Positions 24,074 to 36,174 of a DNA stretch of 64,000 bases are shown here, piece after piece. The stretch is from Mobula hypostoma (lineage: Eukaryota). The position numbers and the translations under genes are program-made. Position 1 is the stretch's first letter; every line of letters starts with the position of its first letter. The notes below the pieces were generated by a model. The model made no database searches. It saw nothing but the letters and a program-made list of their open reading frames with translations, and had not been told where the DNA came from. Where the stretch lies: assembly GCF_963921235.1 (NCBI RefSeq), contig NC_086097.1, positions 241,244,001 through 241,308,000 on the forward strand, read 5' to 3'.

Positions 24074-25474
24074 CGCCTGTTCGTGTTCCCACATATAGCA
24101 TCATCCATGGGCATTCAACCGTTTTCCAATCTGCCTGGGCCTACAACAGTTCAACTGTTTCTGTCTGAGTGGAGCAAACGTGATTGGTAATTTTGCCACT
24201 TGAAAGGGTTCCATAAGTTTGGGGCCATGAGGCTGAATTGGGAATATTGTGTACATTTCATGCCACCTACCCACAGAAAAGTTAACAGTAAGATTGTGAG
24301 GGTGCATAAAATTTTACAAGGATGTTGCCAGGAGTTATCGGAAGAGCTGAAAAGCTTAGAACTTTATTTCCTAGTACATACGAGAATGAGGGGGATTTGA
24401 TAGAGATATACGAAGTTATGAGGGCTGTAGATGGAGCAAATGCAAGCAGGCTTTTTCCACTGAGGTTGGTTGAGACTGGAACTAGAGGTCATAGGTTAAG
24501 GGTGAAATGTTTAACGGGGAACATGATGAGGAACTGCTTTACTCAGAGAGTGGAGGGAGTTTGGAGTGAACTGCCAATGCAAGTTCAGTTTCAACATTTA
24601 AGAAAGTTTGGATAAGTACATGGATGGTACAGGGTATGGAGGGCAATGTTTCAGGGCGATCAGACTAGATGGAATAATAATTTGGCATGGACTAGATGGG
24701 CCAAAGGGCCTTTTTCTGTGCTGTAGTGCTCAATGCCTGTAATGCTGACTCTGGCAATCCATTTGACATTGAGTATGCAGCATAAATGGAACCAGTTTGA
24801 CTTCACTTTTGTCCTTAATTTGTCTATATATTCCCATTCTGCAGAAGTATACAGACTGGGTAGAGCAGCGTTTTGATCTTAATAGTGAGCTTGACTGTTG
24901 CTTGCTATTTTTGTTTGACTGATTTACTAAGGCCCGCAGCAAATTTTCCGATGCCAACTCAGAGTTCTTTGTCCAGTGACGAAGCACTCCTCACTGAATC
25001 TCATTAAGATTAATCAATGGAACATGAGAAATTAATCAAATTGAAGACTTTTCAAACCACACCAATTGAGTATCCACAGTGGGACTGCTTTTGGATATAC
25101 CAACAACAGGCAAAGTTTCTGCTAAATATTCACAATTCCCTGCTGTCGTATTCTTCTTTCGCTTAATGCAGCAAGTATGATTTAAAAAATGTATTTTATT
25201 TGGACGTACAGCACGGTAACGGGCCCTTTTGGCCCAGTGAGCCATGCTGCTCGATTACACTCATGTGACCAATTAGCCCACTGACTTATGGGAGGAAACC
25301 GAAGCACCTGGCGGAAACCCACGCAGCCAGAGGAAAACCTGCAAACTCCTTACAGGCAGCGGAGGGATCACAACGCAGGTCACTGGTGCTGCAACACCAC
25401 TGCGCTAACCGCTACACTACCATGGCACCCCACGTTCTGTGCGTGTTGCTTCTGTTTTGGTGTATCCAAATGTA

Positions 25475-25789
25475 AAGTAAAGGCATCGGTTAGTCTTGCG
25501 AGACCATGGATCTGCGCCTGGAAAGTCTTCACTCTCCAGGGCGCAGGCCTGGGCAAGGTTGTATGGAAGACCAGCAGTTGCCCATGCTGCAAGTCTCCCC
25601 TCTCCATGACACCAATGTTGTCCAAGGGAAGGGCATTAGGACCCATAGAGCTTGGCACCGGTGTCGTCGCAAAGCAATGTGTGATTAAGTGCCTTGCTCA
25701 AGGACACAACACGTTCCCTCGGCTGGGGCTCGAACTCACGACCTTCAGATCTCTAGTCCAATGCCTTAACCTCTTGGCCATGTGCCCAC
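25475..25789 (-). mobile_element. Full-length SINE family A
   Basis: tRNA-like head with A/B boxes; 11-bp TSD atccaaatgta at 25464-25474 and 25790-25800. Confidence 0.9.
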
Positions 25790-26042
25790 ATCCAAATGTA
25801 TCATCGGCAAATTAATGCAGAACCAAGTAATGACGCATGGGTTTCCCTCTGGCGCTCCAGTTGCCCCTCACGTTCCAAACTAGTAAATTATTTGTTGCAA
25901 ATTGCTCTTAGTGTGAAGCTGAATAGTAGAATTAATGTGGGAAGAGTAGGCTACAGAGAGGATAGGACTGGTCTGTGAGCTAGCTGTGATTCAAAGGGCT
26001 GCTTGCCTTCTATGTCACAGGGAATACGAAGTATTGCTGAAT

Positions 26043-26320
26043 GTGGTGGCGCAGTAGCATAGCGGTAAGCATGATGCTGCTCCGGCTTAAGGCGTTATAA
26101 TTCTGCCGCCATCTATAAGAAGTCTGTATGTTCTCCCGTGGCTGTGTGGGTTATCTCCGGCTGTTCCAATTTCCTCCTACAGTCCGAAGGTGCATGGGTT
26201 AGTTGGTCATTGTAAATTGTCCCGTGATTAGACTGGGGTTAAAACAGGTTGCTGGGTGACACTGCTCGTTGGGCCAGAAGGGGCCTGTTCCATGTGTATC
26301 TCTAAACAAGTAAAGAAATA
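26043..26320 (+). mobile_element. HE1/V-SINE-like SINE
   Basis: tRNA-like head, tgtatgttctcccgtggctgtgtgggtt..ctccgg V-domain, gggccagaagggcctgttcc CR1-type tail; related copy at 39040-39247. Confidence 0.7.
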
Positions 26321-26474
26321 AAAATTATTCTTTTACACCTGAAAGATGAGACTTAACAAACAAAATGTAGAAATTCTCAGCTAGTCAAGCAGAGAGAGAA
26401 ATCGAATTAACAGTTCAGCTCATTGATATTTTGTCAGAACTGAGACAAGTTAAAAATCAAATTGCTTAAATCTG

Positions 26475-26506
26475 TCATAATCTAATCTAATCTAATCTAA
26501 TCTAAA
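26475..26506 (+). repeat. (AATCT)n microsatellite, probably an isolated family B tail
   Basis: tcataatctaatctaatct... matches the family B terminus at 39571-39588. Confidence 0.7.
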
Positions 26507-27834
26507 TGGGGAGGAATAGAGAGGGCAGAGGAGGAATTCATTTTGTCAGAGGGTGATCAGTCTATGGAATTCATTGCCACAGGTGGCAGTGGAGACAAAG
26601 TCATTGGGTGAATTTAAAGCAGAGGCTGAGCGATTCTGAGCGAGTCAGGGCGTGAAAAGTTACAGGGAGAAGGCAGGAGAACGGGGCTGAGAGGAAAATG
26701 GATCTGCTATGATGAAATAGCAGAGCAGAGTCAACGGGCCAAATGGCCTAATTCTGCTCCAATGCCTTAAGGTTTTATAGGCAGTATGATGGGTAACGAT
26801 CAAGAGAAGCTGAATGACATCTGATGATGTGAGCCCATCTGAGGCAAGCTGATGAAGGCTTGTTGTTTGTTTTGTCTGGAAGAGGTCAGAACTAGAGGCC
26901 ATAGATTAAGGGTGAAATATTTAAGGGGAACCTGAGTGGAAAGTTCGTCACTCAGGGGGTGGTGACAGTGAGGAATGAGCTGCCAGCAGAAATGGTGGAT
27001 ACGGATTCAATTGCAGCATTTAAGGGAAGTTTGCATAGGTACCTGGATGGGAGGGGTATGGAGGGCCATGATCCTGGTGCAGGTCGATGGGACTAGCCAG
27101 ATTAATAGTCTAGCACAGACTAGATGGCTGAAGACCCTGTTTCTGTGCTGTAGTGCTCCTGGACTGGTTCAAGGACTCTACGGTTTGATGCTTAACATTC
27201 TATGTGTTATTCGCTCGTTTTGTTTGACATTTGTGTATTTGGTGTCCGACGTTTTTGTTTGAAGGGGTTCCATGGTGTTTCCTTGCTCTGCGGCTGTCCG
27301 TGGGAAGATGAATCTCAGGGTTGTATACTGTATACACACTTTGATAATAAATGTACTTTGAACTTTGATATTATGAGTGTAAGAAGGACGTGGATAACAT
27401 CGGGACGGACTGAAAAAGAAATCAAAAACAATGCTGTAAGCATGAGAAAACACCAGAGAAGAAAAAATACCACCAGTACTGGAAAACTAAATAAAGAAAA
27501 TGCTGAAAATACCTAACTGGTCAGGTAAGATTGGTGGAAAGAAAGACAGAGCTGAATGTCACAGGTTGCTGAACTTCCATCAGGCCCGTTCCTTCTCATA
27601 GTAAGCCTTTGTTGTCTCCTAACCTCTCTTCAGGCAAGGCTTTTCCTGGTGGTCAACTTTCATGAGCAGGAGATGGTTAAGGAGGAGGTAGGTAAATTGG
27701 TGAAGTATCATGGAATCCTGTGTCAATGGAAGTGGTGCAGACATGAAGCGAAGGTCTGGGATAGAACAGTCATCACCACTTTGAGTGGAAATTTCATTCT
27801 GGTTCATTACACAAAACACAATTCAGAAGGGTCC

Positions 27835-28330
27835 AGAGGAGGTTCACAAGAGTGATCCTGGAAATGAAAAGGTTAATGTATGAGGAGTATTTCATGGCTC
27901 TGGACTTGTACTTGCTGGAGTTTAGAACAATGAAAGGGGGATCTCAATGAAACCTTGCGAATAAAGAAAGGCCTAGACTGAGTGGATGTGGAGGGGATAT
28001 TTCTGCAATGGGGAATGCCGGGACTAGGAGGTACAGTCTCAGTAAAGAAGGATGTCCCTTTAGAACAGAGATGAAGAGGAATTTCTTTAGCCAGAGGGTG
28101 ATGAATCTGTGGAATTCATTGCCACAGACATCTGTGCAGGCCAAGCCATTGGGTATATTTAAAGTGGAGGTTGATAGGTTCTTGATCAGTCAGGGCATCG
28201 GAAGTTACGGGGAGAAGACAGGAGAATGGGGTTGAGAGGGATAATAAATCAGCCATAATGAAATGGCACAGCAGACTTGATGAGCTGAATGGCCTAATTC
28301 TTCACCTACTGTATGTCTTATGGTCTGATG
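27835..28330 (+). mobile_element. CR1 3' fragment
   Basis: FRTEMKRNFFSQRVMNLWNSLPQ; cttatggtct tail. Confidence 0.85.
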
Positions 28331-28360
28331 GCTACCCTGAGGGCCCAAGTAGCCTGTGTT

Positions 28361-29313
28361 GCCACCTCCAACGGGATCCCACCACTAAGCACATCTTCCC
28401 CTCCTCCACCTCTGCTTTCCGCAAGGATCGCTCCCTACGTGACTCCCTTGTCCATTCGTCCCCCCCCCCCATCCCTCCCCGCTGATCTCCCTCCTGGCAC
28501 TTATCCTTGTAAGCGGAACAAGTGCTACACATGCCCTTACACTTCCTCCCTTACCACCATTCAGGGCCCCAGACAGTCCTCCCAGGTGAGGCGACACTTC
28601 ACCTGTGAGTCGGCTGGGGTGATGTACTGCGTCCGGTGCTCCCGATGTGGCCTTCTATATATTGGCGAGACCCGACGCAGACTGGGAGATCGTTTTGCTG
28701 AACATCTATACTCTGTCCACCAGAGAAAGCAGGATCTCCCAGTGGCCATACATTTTAATTCCACATCCCATTCCCATTCTGACATGTCTATCCACGGCCT
28801 CCTCTACTGTAAAGATGAAGCTACACTCAGGTTGGAGGAACAACACCTTATATTCCGTCTGGGTAGCCTCCAACCTGATGGCATGAACATTGACTTCTCT
28901 AATTTCCGCTAATGCCCCACCTCCCCCTCGTACCCCATCCGTTATTTATTTATATACACACATTCTTTCTCTCACTCTCCTTTTTCTCCCTCTGTCCCTC
29001 TGACTATACCCCTTGCCCATCCTCTGGGTTTTCCCCCCCCTCCCCCCTTGTCTTTCTCCCTAGGCCTCCTGTCCCATGATCCTCTCATATCCCTTTTGCC
29101 TATCACCTGTCCAGCTCTTGGCTCCATCCCTCCCCCTCCTGTCTTCCCCTATCATTTTGGATCTCCCCCTCGCCCTCCAACTTTCAAATCTCTTACTAGC
29201 TCTTCCTTCCGTTAGTCCTGACGAAGGGTCTCGGCCTGAAACGTCAACTGTACCTCTTCCTAGAGGTGCTGCCTGGCCTGCTGCGTTCACCAGCAACTTT
29301 GATGTGTGTTGCT
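28361..29313 (+). mobile_element. 5'-truncated PLE (Neptune-like): Zn-finger linker, GIY-YIG endonuclease, pseudo-LTR and hammerhead
   Basis: ORF 28313-28912: PCKRNKCYTC, VMYCVRCSRCGLLYIGETRRRLGDRFAEH, EEQHLIFRLGSLQPDGMN; no RT domain. Confidence 0.92.
29214..29250 (+). ncRNA. Minimal type I hammerhead ribozyme motif
   Basis: AGTC-CTGACGA-A-GGGTCTCGGCCT-GAAAC-GTC/AACTG; predicted cut after 29245. Confidence 0.8.
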
Positions 29314-30287
29314 CTTGTTCCCTTTTTTTGTCCATCATCATGTGTTTATAATGTGCCCCTAGTGTAGCTTGACCTACACTGCATCTTTCTACCTTTTGCA
29401 CCCTTCATACCTCCGAACACTGTAAATTGCTCGGGTATTGTGGACGTTCAAAGCGAAGCACAGAATACTTAGTGCAAAGCTCAGTGAAAAACAGGGTGCA
29501 CTGTGGGAAGGAAATGGAAATGAAAAGCAGGAAGCAGTATTTTCATAATTCTGCTGCAGGTCTCGCTGCACTGAACACAGTTTTTCAAAGAACACCGGTG
29601 TATCCTTGGGTGCCTTTTCCCGATGGACTGGCAGAACTCTGGTTCCTACGCTTAAAAAAAAAATCGGAAAATGGTGCAAACATCTAAATGATATCATCCG
29701 GGCCACGATGTGATATTATTAATTGCAAACTAGTGGACACGTCTGCCGTTAGTGCAAAATCTGACTGGAAAATTTGATGGGATGACAAATGAGCTCTGAG
29801 AATGATGTAATGCATCTTAGCTCACAATTTAATACCTGTTAACTGATTAGAAAATCGACCCCATGAGTCAGGCTTTTAAAATGCTGAGAGAAATGGACAC
29901 TGTAGGTATAATTTGATGATTTAACTTGGACTGTAAATGTAGAACAATTCAGATTCAGATTCATTTACTTATCACATGTACATTGAAACATAGAGCGAAG
30001 TGCATCGTTTGTGAAAACAACCAACGTGACCTAAGGATGTGCCATCGCAGCCTGCAATTGTTGCCACACGTTCAGGCCAGCACAGCAGGCTCACCATTGT
30101 TCAGCAGAGCAACACAGACGATAACAACAAAACAACTTCTACCATCAGGCAGGAGACTCTGATGCATAAAGACAAGAACAGTCAGGATGGGAAACAGCTT
30201 CTTCCCTCAGGCCATTAGGCTTCTGAACTCCCCGCCACATTGCATTCAAGTGCCAACAGTTAAATTTGTTCTGTACCCTGCAATTTG

Positions 30288-30599
30288 TGTGGGCACGTGG
30301 CCAAGTGGTTAAAGCATTGGACTAGCGACCTGAAGGTCGTGAGTTCGAGCCCCAGCCGAGGAAACGTGTTGTGTCCTTGAGCAAGGCACTTAATCACATA
30401 TTGCTCTGCGACGACACCGGTGCCAAGCTGTATGGGTCCTAATGCCCTTCCCTTGGACAACATTGGTGTTGTGGAGAGGGGAGACTTGCAGCATGGGCAA
30501 CTGCTGGTCTTCTATACAATCTTGCCCAGGCCTGCGCCCTGGAGAGTGAAGACTTTCCAGGCACAGATCCATGGTCTCGCAAGACCAACGGATGCTTTT
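30288..30599 (+). mobile_element. Full-length SINE family A
   Basis: A box tggccaagtgg, B box gagttcgagcc; 14-bp TSD taccctgcaatttg at 30274-30287 and 30600-30613. Confidence 0.92.
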
Positions 30600-31171
30600 T
30601 ACCCTGCAATTTGCTTTATTTATCTATGTGTACAGTAATTAATTGTAGATTTAATTCTTACTTTCCTAAGTTAATGCATGTTATATGTGTGTTATGTATA
30701 CTGCTGTGTTTACACCCTGGTCCGGTGAAACGTTGTCTCATTTGATGGTACACATGTATATAGTTAAATGACAATAAATTTGACTTGATCGACACAGCCA
30801 ACCAACCACCATGGACAAGCATAAGATTACAGCCCCAGGTAGCTCTTGAAACTGGGTGGATTTTCATTTTCTCATTAGCTAAACGATACATGAATCAACA
30901 TCCAAAATCAGATGGTATAGTGCTGATTAATATCTTTAAGAAGTGGCAATTATTTGACTTAGAGCAGGATTTGGGGTTATGTATCGGGTATGATTGAAGT
31001 TTTTTTAAGAGTATGGTGACTTCCAGTCTCTTGGGATTTTAAAATGACAGACTAAGAAAAGAAGCTATTCCAGAGATGTGCAAAATAAGTAAGAGTTTTT
31101 AAAAGACTTTTAAAGACTAGCTTTAGTAGGGTTAGTGTAACATCAAAGCATACAGTGAAATGCATCATTTA

Positions 31172-31713
31172 CAATACTGTGCAAAAGACTTAGGCACACA
31201 TATATATCTCTCAGGTGCCGAAGACTTTAGCACAGTCCTGTAGTAATTCTATGTATTGAAATGTACTGTTGTCGCAAAAAATAACAAATTTCTTGACATA
31301 TGTGAGTGATGATAAACCTGATTCTGATATGCGTCTCTGTTGTGGACTGAGAGTGGGAAGGGGGCAGGGAGAGGGGAATCATGGTTGGGAAAAGGGGAAG
31401 GGAGAGGGAGGAAGTGGGAAGCGCCAGAGAAACATTCTGTCATGATAAACCAATTGTTTGGAATCAAATAACCTTGCCTGTTGTCTCAGTGCTAGTTGTG
31501 TCTGCACATGCACCACCCCTCTCTGCCCCGGCACTCCTTCTCTACCACCTGTCCCACACCCTTCCCACAATGCTCCACTCTCGCTAATCCCAACATCCTT
31601 TGCTCCTGCCAGGTTTACAAACTCGCTCTCCGCTCCACATTGACAAATACAGTACTGTGCAAAAGTCTTGGGCACCCTAGGTATATATATATGTGCCTAA
31701 GACTTTTGCACGG
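31172..31713. mobile_element. Composite element bracketed by two Tc1-type TIR mini-palindromes
   Basis: ca(a/g)tactgtgcaaaag.ctt.ggcac...gtgcc.aagactt..gcac at 31172-31241 and 31650-31713; TA at the left edge; splits a SINE that resumes at 31714-31960. Confidence 0.7.
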
Positions 31714-33114
31714 CCAACAACCAACACAGTCCAAGGATCACGCTGGGGGCAGCCCACAAGTATCACCGTGCTTCTGGTAGCAACATAGCACGCCCACAAC
31801 TTACTAACCGTAATCAGCACATCATTAGAATGTGGGAGGAAACCAGAGCACCTGGAGGAACTCATGGGTTCACAGGGAGAATGTGTAATCTCCTTCCTGT
31901 CAGGAGCAGAATTGAACACAGGTCGTTGGCCCTGTAGAGCGTTATGCTAACCACTGTGTGTTAACCCTTTGTGGATAATACAGTGGAGTGCTGTCCTAGA
32001 AGACAGCTGAGAAAACCCATGACACTTTTCCTTATGTGTTGAATCAGCATGGTTAGAATTAAGTGGTTTGAGTTTGGCCTGTGAAGGAAATGAGCTATTG
32101 GATGGAGTGATGGCTCTGGGTTGTTTTTTTAATTCCTTGGTTTGTAACTACTGAGAGCCACTGATCGACATTCCACTAATTTCTAAACTCCACACTTTGT
32201 TGTCAGCTGTTTTGTCCCAATAGGTTTTCATCTTGCCACAGTTTATGGCTTTGTTAAGTAACTGCCTTGCCGAGTTTGGGCTGCACAATGGATAGATTAA
32301 TGGACTGAATAGATGGGTATGTTAAAAGTGTTCTTCTGTCTGGCTCCTTTTACAGTGCTCACACATTAATCCTGTTGGGGAAACAGCAAGGTCTGTGATT
32401 AGTTCGAGTTTAAAAAATATACAATATGAGGAGTGTTTCTTGGCTCTGCCTGTAGTCATTGGAGTTTAGAAGAATGGTGGGGGTGGGGGAAGAGCTCATT
32501 GAAAGCTATCAAATATTCTTAGGCCAAGATAGAGTGGATGTTCAAGGTAGAAGGTTCGAAGTATATTTATTATCAATTATGCATGGAATATACAATTCTG
32601 AGATTTGCCTTCTCCAGACAGCCATGAAACAAAGAAAATCGTGGAAGCTGTTCAAAAAGACATCGACCCACCCCCACGCACAAAAAAAACCCACATCACG
32701 CAAATGGCAAGAAGAACGTCAACCCCCATGTGCCAAAAGAAAACGAATTGTGCAAAAGAACATCAGCCGTCACGTGCAAAAGAAACCGAATCGCGCAAAC
32801 AGCAACATGAACGTCAACACCTCCCCACACACGAAAAAAAGCAAATCGCACAATTGACATCAAGAATATCAACCTCCACCACCGCCCCCCCATCCCCCCA
32901 TCCCCACACACAATAGCTTCCAATAGTTGGAGAGCCTAGGACGGGAAACCACAGACTCGGATTAGAAGGATGCAGGTTTAAAACGGCGATGAGAAGGTAT
33001 TTCTTTAGCCACGGATCTGTGGAAATAATTGCCACGTTCAGTTGTGGGAGCTAAGTCATTGGGTATATTTAAAGCAGAAATTGATAGGTTCTTGATTAGT
33101 AAGAGCATCAAAGA

Positions 33115-33227
33115 AAATAGGATCTAGTGCTTTCCCGGCGATTATGATGTATAAACTCTCTTCCAGCTTTCAGCCAGGCCCAGGTGACACCTTGACCCAG
33201 CTGGACGCCCAAGAAGAGTTTACAGGT
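33115..33227. mobile_element. 113-bp terminal-only derivative of PLE lineage 2
   Basis: Same ggatctagtgctttcc start as 10413 and same ctgga.gcccaagaa end; 9-bp TSD catcaaaga at 33106-33114 and 33228-33236 inside a CR1. Confidence 0.8.
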
Positions 33228-33427
33228 CATCAAAGATTACGAGAAGAAGGTAGGAGAGGGAAAATAAATCGGTCATGTTCAAATGATCAAGAAGACGCGA
33301 TGGGCCGAGTGACCTAATTATGCTCTTATGTGTTATAATCTTATGGTCTATGGGAGTCTCCATGGGGTTGAGCTGTGCTTCCAACGAAGCTATGATGTTG
33401 ATATAATTATTTACAACATGTTTGAGA

Positions 33428-34045
33428 ATAGTCACACTTTATTGATCCCAGGGGAAACTGGTTTTCGTTACAGTTGCACCATAAATAATTAAATTGTAAT
33501 AAAACCATAAATAGTTAAATAGTAATATGTAAATTATGCCAGGAAATAAGTTCAGGACCAGCCTATTGGCTCAGGGTGTCTGACCCTCCAAGGGAGGAGT
33601 TGTAAAGTTTGATGGCCACAGGCAGGAATGACTTCCTATGACGCTCTGTGTTGCATCTCGGTGGAATGAGTCTCTGGCTGAATGTACTCCTGTGCCCAAC
33701 CAGTACATTATGTAGTGGATGGGAGACATTGACCAAGATGGCATGCAACTTGGGCATCATCCTCTTTTCAGACACCACCGTGAGAGAGTCCAGTTCCATC
33801 CCCACAACTTCACTGGCTTTACGAATACATTTGTTGATTCTGTTGGTGCCTGCTGCCCCAGCACACAACAGCAAACATGATCGCACTGGCCACCACAGAC
33901 TCGTAGAACATCCTCAGCATCGTCCGGCAGATGTTAAAGGACCTCAGTCTCCTCAGGAAATAGAGACGGCTCTGACCCTTCTTGTAGACAGCCTCAGTGT
34001 TCTTTGACCAGTCCAATTTATAGTCAATCCTCCACCATGTCCGCA
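33428..34045 (-). mobile_element. Rex1/Babar 3' fragment
   Basis: KKGQSRLYFLRRLRSFNICRTMLRMFYESVVAS; ERHRKSFLPVAIKLYN. Confidence 0.88.
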
Positions 34046-34419
34046 CTGACCCAGAATGACAAGGGCTCTGTTTTCATATACTGAAGGGAGATGTAGAGAA
34101 GAGCAGTGATAACTGAATCCACCAGCACGGTCCACATGGACAGCATTAGAAGCGATAAGTTGAACAGAAAACAGGCACAATTACCCTCAGTAGTCATTTG
34201 AGTTCAGGTGGGCTGTGACAGAAAAAGGGTGAGACCTGGGGTCTCAGACATTAGGAACATGATTAGTTCATAAAGCTCCTTTAGCTTGTCCTCACATTTA
34301 AAACTATCATGACTGATCTGACTTCAGCTCTGCATTCCCGCCTATCTAATGCAGTAACACTTAACTCCGTCCTTATCAATAATCTATTCCACCTTAAGGA
34401 CATTCAAAGACTCCACTCA

Positions 34420-35278
34420 TTCTCCGCAGCTTCTGCCATCTCCAAAGGGACCACCAGACAAATCTTTACATATCGCCCCTTCTCTCCACTTCCTGTAGGG
34501 ATCGATCCCTCCATGATTCCCTTGCCCATTCAGTTTTCCTCACTAATCTCCCTCCCGGCAGTTACCCCTGCAAGCGGCCAAAGTCTTACACCTGTCCATT
34601 CTCTTCCTCCCTTACCTCCAAACAGTCCTTCTAGGTGAGGCAACACTTCACCCGTGAACCTGCTAGGGCCATCTATTGTGTCTGGTGCTCCTGGTGTGGC
34701 CTCCTCCACGTTGGTAACACCCGTCATAAATTGGGGGACCGCTTCGTCAGGCAGCTCTGCTCCATCCACCATAAGCAACACATTTTATTCCAATTCCCAC
34801 TTCTGTTCCAAAATGTCAATCCATGGCTTCCTCTTGCGCCATGATGAGCCCACCCTCAGGGTGGGAGGAGCAACACCTTATATTCTGTCTGGGTAGTCTC
34901 CTACCTTATCGTGTGAATATCAATTTCTCCTTCCAGTAAACAATTTTTTTCACTCCCTTTCTCTTCTTTTTCTGTTCCCTACATTGGCCTCTTACCTCTT
35001 CTCATCGGCCTATTACCTTCCCCTGCATCACCTCCTCCTTCCCGTTCTCTCATGGTCCACTCTCCTCTCCTATCAGGTTCCTACCTCTCCAGCCCTTTAT
35101 CTTTCCCACCCACCCAGCTTCACCTATCACCTTCCAGCTACCCTCCTTCCCTTCTCCCCATCTTTTTACTCTGTCATTTTCCCCCTTATTTTCTAATCTG
35201 AAGGGGCTCAGCTCGAAACGTCAACTGTTTATTCATTTCCATAGATGCTGCCTGACCCTCTGAGTTCCTCCAGCATTC
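34420..35278 (+). mobile_element. Degenerate Neptune-like PLE
   Basis: IYCVWCSWCGLLHVGNTRHKLGDRF; pyrimidine tract; ctgaaggggctcagctcgaaacgtcaactg near 35198-35228. Confidence 0.8.
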
Positions 35279-35474
35279 TCCACTAGTGTCTCCGCTAGTC
35301 TTGATTATATTTTCAGTCTAGTCCACTACTCTTCACATCACTCTACCAAGACCCTTCAGGATGTTGTATTTTTAAATTAGGTCCCCTCTCACTCTTAAAC
35401 TCCTACAGATTCAAGACTCAGAAGATCAGGCAGCATTTATGGAGAGAAATAAATAGTTGGTGTTTCAGGCTGAG

Positions 35475-36070
35475 ACATTAGGGTTGTTATAGCTGGGGGT
35501 GGTAAAGGGGACAAGCTCCCACTCATATCAAATGCTCCCAATGGCGTGTATCTCAAATAGCCTCTGACAACCGTCCTACTCCTGCCCTTCACATGTGGCT
35601 TAGCTACTAAGCCCAGCAGAAAGGTTTCTACTGACAGGAGAAGGGATAAAAACGGGTTACAGGCACCTTAAAACCAGTCACTTTGGGCAGATGGGGCTCG
35701 TCAGCCATGGTTGGCAGCTCATCTCGGAGAAGAAAACTCTAATCTCAACCCTCCACTGCCTTGTAGCTATACTCACTCACGGGGAAGGCTTTGGGAATAA
35801 ATCCTGAGGGAGAATTCCAGAGCTGGAGTCCCTAAGGCAATCCTACATTGAGTTCAACGCTGACTGGAAACCCCTGCAATGCTGCTGGTACCAAACTGTA
35901 TTGGTCTCTGCCATCCCTTTGGCTTCATCAGATGCATGGAAGGGTGCAAGGATGGAACTTGCTACATGGACAGAAGCTGGCTCTCCATATTGTACTTCCC
36001 GGGCTTGCGTATCTGGACAGCTAGGACGTAACATCCATGGTCGATCCTGACTGACGGAGGCCTCTCTCGC
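35475..36070 (+). mobile_element. Non-autonomous retroelement (RTE-related) sharing its 3' module with SINE A
   Basis: 10-bp direct repeat tcaggctgag at 35465-35474 and 36071-36080; 3' end catccatggtcg..gactgacggaggcc; inserted in a PLE inverted-end remnant. Confidence 0.65.
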
Positions 36071-36174
36071 TCAGGCTGAGCCTCTTTAGCAGGCTGCCTG
36101 AGCTGCTGAGTTCCTCCAGCATTTTGTGTGTGTTGCTCTGGATTTCTGACATCTGCAGAATCTCTTGTGTTTAA

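Noticed and set aside
28313..28912. Domesticated GIY-YIG nuclease gene
   Set aside because: Start codon comes from an adjacent CR1 tail; multicopy, followed by the pseudo-LTR; best explained as a young truncated PLE
30290..30365. tRNA gene
   Set aside because: Acceptor and anticodon stems do not pair properly and the sequence continues into a TSD-flanked SINE body in several copies
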